Source of the DNA: Diplonema japonicum
Lineage: Eukaryota > Protista > Euglenozoa: Diplonemea
Direction of reading: 5' to 3'
Assembly: GCA_964019335.1 (NCBI GenBank)
Contig: OZ025742.1
Coordinates: forward strand, 186,001 to 250,000
Length of the DNA stretch: 64,000 nt
The notes beneath the pieces are model-generated. The model was not told where the DNA came from. It saw only the letters and a list, made by a program, of their open reading frames with translations, and did not search any database. Every line of letters starts with the position of its first letter. The stretch's first letter is position 1. The translations under genes and the position numbers were made by a program. Positions 55,799 to 64,000 of this stretch are shown piece after piece.

Positions 55799-57596
55799 AT
55801 GAATGGAACAAGAGAGGTGAACGATATGACAGTGTTCGTGAAGACGGGAGGCGGGGTTCACGATGTGGAAGTGTCGGGGAAGGAGACGGTGGGGATCCTG
55901 TACAAGAAGGCAGGGTGTGCTGCTGGTTTACTCGAAGGCAAGTTCGAACTGGTTTGGGAGGGAGAGGTCCTGGACAGGAACGGGGGTGAAGATATCCAGG
56001 AACTCGGGCTCGTGGAGGGCAGCGTGGTCCATGTGGAGGCGAAGATGAGAACCGTTCAGTTGGAGGAGCTTGAGAGCTCAGAAGTGGTTTCAGAGCTTGA
56101 GGAGCTTGTGACAGCTGTCCCTGAGCTGGTTCTGGTGGTGGAGGTGGGGAACTCGCCAGCTGTCGAAGTCTTGTCCATGAAGACGACGGTCCTTCCTTCC
56201 GGACTTCGGTTCCTCGTTGTCACCGACTCCACAGGCTGTGTTACAAGGATAGGCTCTTGGTTTCTTGAAGAGTGCGACCACCTGACGTCTGTTGATCTCA
56301 TCCTCCCCAATGTTTCCACCATTGATGAAAATCTTTTATATGGGTGCAAAAATCTAGAAACCATCAACTTGAATGCGATGACCAATCTTTCTTCTATTGG
56401 TCATTACTTCTTGTCTGAGTGCATAAAACTAGAAACCATCAACTTGAATGCGATGACCAATCTTTCTTCCATTGGTGATGGCTTCTTGGAAGGGTGCGAA
56501 AAACTAGAAACCATCGACTTGAATGCGATGACCAATCTTTCTTCTATTGGTGATTACTTCTTGTCTGAGTGCATAAAACTAGAAACCATCAACTTGAATG
56601 CGATGACCAATCTTTCTTCTATTGGTGATCGCTTCTTGGAAGAGTGCGTAAAACTAGAAACCATCAACTTGAATGCGATGACCAATCTTTCTTCTATTGG
56701 TCATTACTTCTTGTCTGAGTGCATAAAACTAGAAACCATCAACTTGAATGCGATGACCAATCTTTCTTCCATTGGTGATCGCTTCTTGTTTGGGTGCGAA
56801 AAACTAGAAACCATCAACTTGAATGCGATGACCAATCTTTCTTCTATTGGTCATTACTTCTTGGAGGTGCAAAAAACTAGAAACCATCGACTTGAATGCG
56901 ATGGCCAATCTTTCTTCCATTGGTGATAGCTTCTTGTTTAGGTGCGTAAAACTAGAAACCATCAACTTGAATGCGATGACCAATCTTTCTTCTACTGGTG
57001 ATGGCTTCTTGTCTGGGTGCGTAAAACTAGAAACCATCGACTTGAATGCGATGACCAATCTTTCTTCCATTGGTGATTACTTCTTGTCTGAGTGCATAAA
57101 ACTAGAAACCATCAACTTGAATGCGATGACCAATCTTTCTTCTACTGGTGATGGCTTCTTGTTTTGGTGCGTAAAACTAGAAACCATCAACTTGAATGCG
57201 ATGACCAATCTTTCTTCCATTGGTGATAGCTTCTTGTTTGGGTGCGAAAAACTAGAAACCATCGACGTGAATGCGATGACCAATCTTTCTTCCATTGGTG
57301 ATGGCTTCTTGGGAGGGTGCGTAAAACTAGAAACCATCGACTTGAATGCGATGACCAATCTTTCTTCCATTGGTGATGGCTTCTTGGAAGGGTGCGTAAA
57401 ACTAGAAACCATCAACTTGAATGCGATGACCAATCTTTCTTCCATTGGTGATCGCTTCTTGTTTGGGTGCGAAAAACTAGAAACCATCGACTTGAATACG
57501 TTGACCAATCTTTCTTCCATTGGTGATGGCTTCTTGTCTGGGTGCGTAAAACTAGAATCTGTCGACTTGAATTTAAAAAGAAAAGTCGGTGTTTAG
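55799..57596 (+). CDS. Copy 2: ubiquitin-like domain plus 16 BspA/TpLRR-type 25-aa repeats; 2-nt frameshift at about 56866
   Basis: MTVFVKTGGGVHDVEV...ETVG.L...FELVWEGEVL...IQELGLVEGSVVHV aligns with ubiquitin. The unit is LETI(N/D)LNAMTNLSSIGxxFLxxCxK. GGAGGTGC replaces GGAGGGGTGC, a real lesion or a homopolymer error. Confidence 0.8.
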
Positions 57597-59109
57597 AAGA
57601 AGAAGAAAAAAAGAGGGGAAAAAAAAGAAGAAAAAAGAACACCCTGGCGCTGAGAAACATCTTTGTGGAAAAACCAACGAAAAGCAATCCAATACCTCGA
57701 AGACACTGGGGACCTGCCCCCCTCCGCAACAACTCCACAACAACCATCTAACCTGCTGAAGTAGCATGCCGATCAGAAGGCGGCTGAGGCACTTGTCATT
57801 TAATCAGAATCCCGAGATCCCATCCCTGATCCCCAAATAGAGAGTGTACCATCCTGTTTCTCGCAGAAACAGAGAACCTACCCCCTCCCCACCACAGCAC
57901 CCGACCAATCAGATGCAGCAGTGTGAAAAACCGGCACCCTTAGTAGCCAAGAAAAAAAAAAAAAAAGAAAAAAAAAAAGTGTAAAGTGTTAAACAGCCAG
58001 CAAAGCTTGTGGAAAGAGAACACCAAGAAAAAAAAAGAGAGAGAAAAAAAGACCAGGACACCCCTCCCCGGTCGTGAGAGGCCTATGGGTGTGGCATGCC
58101 ATGTCTGAAACCTTTAGCTCCCTTGAAACTCACACCAGTGTGCGAGTTTGGCCCATTTTATTTTGGCACGTTGGCGATGGCTGTGGTGGTCGTCGCAAGA
58201 GCTCCTGTAGGAAGTATTGGACGATAACAGTTAATGGTTTTCGTTTTTCTTCTTTTTTTCTTGTTTTTCTTCTTTTTCTTCTTTTTCTTCTTTTTCTTCT
58301 TAGTTTATCACCGTTCTTACTGAGCGCCATTTGACTTGTCACCTTGATGTTAAAAGATCGACCTTTTTTTTTTAATTTTTATTTATTTATTTTTTTTTTT
58401 TTTTTTGCGGGCCGTTGCTAACCACTTCGTTCTGTTATTTTCATTATTCTTTCCGGCGATAGACTGATACGGGCCATGAAAGCAACCTCTGCTTAATTCC
58501 TGGTACGTGGGAGGCTCCTCTTAAGAAGGGTCGCGACCAGCTGGACGTAAGAGAGTCGGGCCTGGCCGCTGGCATGCGCGTGCTGTTCGGAGCGGTTCCG
58601 CCCCCTTCCCTGACCCCCTTGGCCGTGGGTAGCAGGCCGCCGCAGGAGGAAGGTGAAACGGCGCAATCCCCCATTCCGGGGGCGAGCGGTGCGAGGCTCT
58701 ACTCTGTTCCCGGAGGCGCCCATGGTGCCCATGGCCGCGGACCTGTGCGAGTCGGACGGGATGGAGTCACATTCGGCCTCCTCCGGTGTAGACGGAGAGC
58801 CGTCGCCCGCTCGTCCGTCGCAGTCTCCCGTGCTGGGGGCTGAAGGCGGGGGGCGCATCTCTCCGGAGGTCAGTACCCCAGAAACCTCCAACCCCGATGT
58901 CCGGGTAGGGGGCGGGGAAAAGGTCGCCAGAAAAAGGGTACCTTCCCACGAGACCCAGTCGGCCCAACGCGCCGCCAAGGTCGGGAAGGGCCCTGTCCAA
59001 CGAGATGTGAGGGGGTCCCAGGGTGGTCGATCCACCCCCCTGGGCTCGCAAGGGCCCAGGGCTTGAGCAGCCAACATTAAGGGTTCCTGAGGGAGCCCAC
59101 TTTAGAATT

Positions 59110-59143
<34 letters not shown>

Positions 59144-59168
59144 CCCTTACAACAAATTGACAATGGGG

Positions 59169-59203
<35 letters not shown>

Positions 59204-59270
59204 ACCGGGAGTTTTCCCCCTGAAGTTCCTTTGTTAAAACATGTTTGCTGTTGGGTTTCCGTTTCTTTTT

Positions 59271-59467
59271 GGTTTAACTAGAAGTTTTCCTTCTACAGCT
59301 TGTTTGCTGATGGTTTTGAGTTGATTCTTTTTTATTTTTTATCTTATGGTTTAACTAGAAGTTTTCCTTCTACAGTTTGCTTGCTGATGGTTTTAAGTTG
59401 ATTCTTATTTATTTACTTACACTTTTTGGCTTAACTAGAAGTTTTCCTTCTACAGCTTGTTTGCTGA
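59271..59467 (+). repeat. Three tandem copies (period about 78 bp) of TTAACTAGAAGTTTTCCTTCTACAG(C/T)TTG(T/C)TTGCTGA
   Basis: Copies at about 59273, 59351 and 59431, separated by T-rich spacers. Confidence 0.85.
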
Positions 59468-60497
59468 CGGGTGGGTTTATCGGGCGGGCTTCCATAGCTG
59501 GTGATCTATGGAAGCCTTCCCTATTTTTTCTTTTTTCACGCCGGGCTGGGGGGAAGGACGGCAAGACCACCAACGGAGGAGAAACCGCTGCAGAAAGGGG
59601 AAAGGTGCAGAAAGACGAAGAGTACGAGAAGGCGTCTCACAAAGACTCCCTTTAATTCATATATCTTTTATTTTCTTTTTATTTTTCTTTTCTTCTTTAT
59701 TTTCTTTCTCCTAACCCAACCCCCTTCCTTGACCCCCCCGAAAAAAAAAGAAAAGAAAAGAAAAGATTCATTCCTCCCTAGTTTATTATATTTTGCATCA
59801 GGTCCGCCGAGAAAATAAAAGGAAAAATAAAGAAAGAGAACGGCAACCAAATTTTAAATTCTTATTTATCATCAAAGGAGGTTTGAAAAAGAGAAAAATT
59901 AAAGAGAAGAAAGAGACCTTTTTCTCCTCTATCAATAAGTGATTCACGAACTCGAATCTTTATCACCACTTTTTTGTGCATGCCAGATTTTTTTTTTCTC
60001 CCGCCTTGTTAAAGAAGTTTTAATTTACTAATAATAAAAAAAAAGTGAAAAGAGGAGTAGAAGACGATCCGGTGGGGGGCATGGGAACCATAAACCGTGT
60101 CTTCCATCGCGATCGGCAAGGCGGGGGCTTTTCCGTCCCATGGGTGAAAAGAGGCGGATAAAATCACTGTTCCGGACCCCCCCCCAACACTGAGCTTGCA
60201 CTTTTTCTCCCACACATACCTCTCTTGTTTATCGAAATATCACCATTTTTACGGCGGACGCCAAGAAAAAAAAAAGCCAAGGAGAAGGAGTTTAGGGAGT
60301 TAATGAAAGACCTACGGCCCCAAAGAAGGCGGTGAAAACAGCCATGGTGGGCCAGCCCTGGCAGACAGGGAGCCTGAACACCAAAAACACCGCGGAGCCG
60401 AATTTGCATCCGGAATTTTCGGTTTTCAAACTTACAAAAACCCCCTGTAGGCATCTGCGTCCGTCCAGCCCCATTTTGGCACCCCTTTTGGGTGTGG

Positions 60498-60532
<35 letters not shown>

Positions 60533-60945
60533 AATTGTTTATCTTTCTTCTCCTTTCTCCTTCTCCCCCCCCCCCCCCCCCCCCTTTGGGTATCAAAAAA
60601 AGATTTTCAGAAAGCAGGGGTGAGAAGACCACATGGTATTGGAAGTCCTGTAAAGTAAGTCCTGACCATCCTGGCTCCCCCGTAGTTTCATCCCCACCCT
60701 CTCCTTTCCTTCCCACATCATGGTTTTAATAGTTTCACGAGTGGCGCTCCTTTTGTCGTTGTTGGACTTTAGGGTGAGCTGCTCACTTTCTTTCCTCCCA
60801 AGCTACGCCGTCAAAAGCGTTTCCTTCCTCTCGAGTTTCAGCCTTGAACTGAAATCTACATCAAGTTAAATATGGCGTCCGGGAGTTTTTCCGTCCGGGA
60901 ATTTTTTTTTAGGTAAGGCCGTCAGGGGGCCTGGTCCACTACCAC

Positions 60946-61330
60946 CTAACTACTGGCCTGGGCTGCAAACGGCAACCGCGCGAAGAAACCCCCCAGGGTT
61001 CCCTTTCTGCATCTTTGTCCTCCCTTGCTGCCCCTGAGGCAATCAGCTTGTCGAGCCTTCGTGTGGCCTACTACCTTTCTTAATAGATGCTTTACAGCTG
61101 CGTTCAACCCAATATCCATCGGTTGAACCATGTAGGTGAACCGCTGCGCGACAGGACGGGATGGCCCCCCTGTGTCTTGAGCTACACGCAATATTGCCGA
61201 GAGGACATGCCTTTGCATACCTGGAAAAACTGCAACGATACTCGGCTGTGGTGGTTGCTACCCAGTCCACGCACAACCAAGCTGATGGATTTGAAGGCCG
61301 CCTACACTTTCTTGAAGATGTTCGTTTCAC
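60946..61330 (-). mobile_element. Pogo/Tigger-type DDE transposase remnant
   Basis: FTYMVQPMDIGLNAAVKHLLRK matches the DDE_1 motif T..lQPlD.g.n..fK; WLCVDW lies upstream in another frame. Confidence 0.6.
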
Positions 61331-61417
61331 AGTAGGTTTTTTTATTTTCTAGAGGTTCTTCTTCTTCATTTGACTCCTGCAGCCTTCGAGACAAAGCACA
61401 CAGGGAAAATACATTAG

Positions 61418-61451
<34 letters not shown>

Positions 61452-61465
61452 AATATTAAAAGAAC

Positions 61466-64000
61466 ATGAATGGAAAGAGAGAGAGATCAGGTGAAGAGGT
61501 GAACGATATGACAGTGTTCGTGAAGACGGGAGGCGGGGTTCACGATGTGGAAGTGTCGGGGAAGGAGACGGTGGGGATCCTGTACAAGAAGGCGGGGTGT
61601 GCTGCTGGTTTACTCGAAGGCAAGTTCGAACTGGTTTGGGAGGGAGAGGTCCTGGACAAGAACGGGGGTGAAGATATCCAGGAACTCGGGCTCGTGGAGG
61701 GCAGCGTGGTCCATGTGGAGGCGAAGATGAGAACCGTTCAGTTGGAGGAGCTTGAGAGCTCAGAAGTGGTTTCAGAGCTTGAGGAGCTTGTGACAGCTGA
61801 CCCTGAGCTGGTTCTGGTGGTGGAGGTGGGGAACTCGCCAGCTGTCGAAGTCTTGTCCATGAAGACGACGGTCCTTCCTTCCGGACTTCGGTTCCTCGTT
61901 GTCACCGACTCCACAGGCTGTGTTACAAGGATAGGCTCTTGGTTTCTTGAAGAGTGCGACCACCTGACGTCTGTTGATCTCATCCTCCCCAATGTTTCCA
62001 CCATTGATGAAAATCTTTTATATGGGTGCAACAATCTAGAAACCATCAACTTGAATGCGATGACCAATCTTTCTTCCATTGGTGATGGCTTCTTGGAAGG
62101 GTGCGTAAAACTAGAAACCATCGACTTGAATGCGATGACCAATCTTTCTTCTATTGGTCATTACTTCTTGTCTGAGTGCATAAAACTAGAAACCATCAAC
62201 TTGAATGCGATGACCAATCTTTCTTCCATTGGTGATGGCTTCTTGGAAGGGTGCGTAAAACTAGAAACCATCGACTTGAATGCGATGACCAATCTTTCTT
62301 CTATTGGTCATTACTTCTTGTCTGAGTGCATAAAACTAGAAACCATCAACTTGAATGCGATGACCAATCTTTCTTCCATTGGTAATCGCTTCTTGTTTAG
62401 GTGCGTAAAACTAGAAACCATCGACTTGAATGCGATGACCAATCTTTCTTCTATTCGTAATTACTTCTTGTCTGAGTGCATAAAACTAGAAACCATCAAC
62501 TTGAATGCGATGACCAATCTTTCCTCTATTGGTGATTACTTCTTGTCTGAGTGCGAAAAACTAGAAACCATCAACTTGAATGCGATGACCAATCTTTCTT
62601 CTATTGGTGATCGCTTCTTGGAAGAGTGCGTAAAACTAGAAACCATCAACTTGAATGCGATGACCAATCTTTCTTCCATTGGTAATCGCTTCTTGTTTAG
62701 GTGCGTAAAACTAGAAACCATCGACTTGAATGCGATGACCAATCTTTCTTCTATTCGTAATTACTTCTTGTCTGAGTGCATAAAACTAGAAACCATCAAC
62801 TTGAATGCGATGACCAATCTTTCCTCTATTGGTGATTACTTCTTGTCTGAGTGCGAAAAACTAGAAACCATCAACTTGAATGCGATGACCAATCTTTCTT
62901 CCATTGGTGATCACTTCTTGTTTAGGTGCGTAAAACTAGAAACCATCAACTTGAATGCGATGACCAATCTTTCTTCTATTGGTGATTGCTTCTTGTTTGG
63001 GTGCGTAAAACTAGAAACCATCAACTTGAATGCGATGACCAATCTTTCTTCTATTGGTAATTACTTCTTGTCTGGGTGCAAAAAACTAGAAACCATCAAC
63101 TTGAATGCGATGACCAATCTTTCTTCTATTGGTGATCGCTTCTTGTTTGGGTGCAAAAAACTAGAAACCATCGACTTGAATGCGATGACCAATCTTTCTT
63201 CTATTGGTGATTGCTTCTTGTTTGGGTGCGAAAAACTAGAAACCATCAACTTGAATGCGATGACCAATCTTTCTTCTATTGGTAATTACTTCTTGTCTGG
63301 GTGCAAAAAACTAGAAACCATCAACTTGAATGCGATGACCAATCTTTCTTCTACTGGTTATGGCTTCTTGTTTAGGTGCGTAAAACTAGAAACCATCGAC
63401 TTGAATGCGATGACCAATCTTTCTTCCATTGGTGATTGCTTCTTGTCTGGGTGCGTAAAACTAGAAACCATCAACTTGAATGCGATGACCAATCTTTCTT
63501 CCATTGGTGATTGCTTCTTGTCTGGGTGCGTAAAACTAGAAACCATCAACTTGAATGCGATGACCAATCTTTCTTCCATTGGTAATCGCTTCTTGTTTAG
63601 GTGCGTAAAACTAGAAACCATCAACTTGAATGCGATGACCAATCTTTCTTCCATTGGTGATCGCTTCTTGTTAGGGTGCGTAAAACTAGAAACCATCAAC
63701 TTGAATGCGATGACCAATCTTTCTTCTATTGGTGATTACTTCTTGGAGGGGTGCAAAAAACTAGAAACCATCGACTTGAATGCGATGACCAATCTTTCTT
63801 CCATTGGTAATCGCTTCTTGTTTAGGTGCGTAAAACTAGAAACCATCGACTTGAATGCGATGACCAATCTTTCTTCCATTGGTCATTGCTTCTTGTTAGG
63901 GTGCGAAAAACTAGAAACCATCAACTTGAATGCGATGACCAATCTTTCTTCCATTGGTGATCGCTTCTTGTTTGGGTGCGAAAAACTAGAAACCATCGAC
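61466..64000 (+). CDS. Copy 3: ubiquitin-like domain plus at least 26 LRR units, open to the window end
   Basis: ATG at 61466 (MNGKRERSGEEVNDMTVFVKT...) stays in frame with the last codon for at least 845 codons. It is missing from the ORF track because it has no stop. Confidence 0.88.
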   Translation, partial: MNGKRERSGEEVNDMTVFVKTGGGVHDVEVSGKETVGILYKKAGCAAGLLEGKFELVWEGEVLDKNGGEDIQELGLVEGSVVHVEAKMRTVQLEELESSEVVSELEELVTADPELVLVVEVGNSPAVEVLSMKTTVLPSGLRFLVVTDSTGCVTRIGSWFLEECDHLTSVDLILPNVSTIDENLLYGCNNLETINLNAMTNLSSIGDGFLEGCVKLETIDLNAMTNLSSIGHYFLSECIKLETINLNAMTNLSSIGDGFLEGCVKLETIDLNAMTNLSSIGHYFLSECIKLETINLNAMTNLSSIGNRFLFRCVKLETIDLNAMTNLSSIRNYFLSECIKLETINLNAMTNLSSIGDYFLSECEKLETINLNAMTNLSSIGDRFLEECVKLETINLNAMTNLSSIGNRFLFRCVKLETIDLNAMTNLSSIRNYFLSECIKLETINLNAMTNLSSIGDYFLSECEKLETINLNAMTNLSSIGDHFLFRCVKLETINLNAMTNLSSIGDCFLFGCVKLETINLNAMTNLSSIGNYFLSGCKKLETINLNAMTNLSSIGDRFLFGCKKLETIDLNAMTNLSSIGDCFLFGCEKLETINLNAMTNLSSIGNYFLSGCKKLETINLNAMTNLSSTGYGFLFRCVKLETIDLNAMTNLSSIGDCFLSGCVKLETINLNAMTNLSSIGDCFLSGCVKLETINLNAMTNLSSIGNRFLFRCVKLETINLNAMTNLSSIGDRFLLGCVKLETINLNAMTNLSSIGDYFLEGCKKLETIDLNAMTNLSSIGNRFLFRCVKLETIDLNAMTNLSSIGHCFLLGCEKLETINLNAMTNLSSIGDRFLFGCEKLETID

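Noticed and set aside
54353-64000. CRISPR array or diversity-generating retroelement
   Set aside because: The 75-bp units are in-frame protein repeats with reused variable cassettes. There are no cas genes or template/variable repeat pair, changes are not limited to adenines, and the nearby RTs are decayed non-LTR types.
1-64000. tRNA, rRNA, SL RNA genes or telomeric repeats
   Set aside because: None were recognised by eye; a covariance-model scan would be needed to exclude them.

Overview
This is eukaryotic protist nuclear DNA using the standard code (TAA, TAG and TGA all act as stops). It is most likely a euglenozoan such as a diplonemid; that assignment is inferred from genome organisation, not from a marker gene. 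Positions 1-42.3 kb hold a dense cluster of about 24 genes, all on the minus strand, including a PUB protein, PB1-MAP3K, bromodomain protein, ArfGAP, TFIIIC subunit, RING E3, MORN-kinesin-14, GGCT, dolichol kinase and MIOX. Several spacers are only about 60-130 bp and carry a polypyrimidine tract plus AG, like trans-splice acceptors. I resolved about 29 tiny GT-AG cis-introns (about 32-70 nt) by hand; most lack a polypyrimidine tract and are poly(A)- or AC-rich instead. At 43-48 kb lies a decayed APE-RT non-LTR retrotransposon with a 2A-like peptide and an internally inverted RT segment. After a strand switch near 48-49 kb comes an accessory region: a sirtuin pseudogene, a CpG-erased Ingi-like relic, a pogo fragment, and three paralogues encoding a ubiquitin-like domain (missing from the 5'-truncated first copy) fused to an array of 75-bp LRR units (8, 16 and at least 26 units). 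The LRR scaffold is nearly invariant while five codons per unit are hypervariable and combinatorially shuffled. This UBL-variable-LRR family and the cis/trans splice-signal contrast are the best candidates for undescribed systems. All domain calls come from motif recognition by eye; no searches were run.
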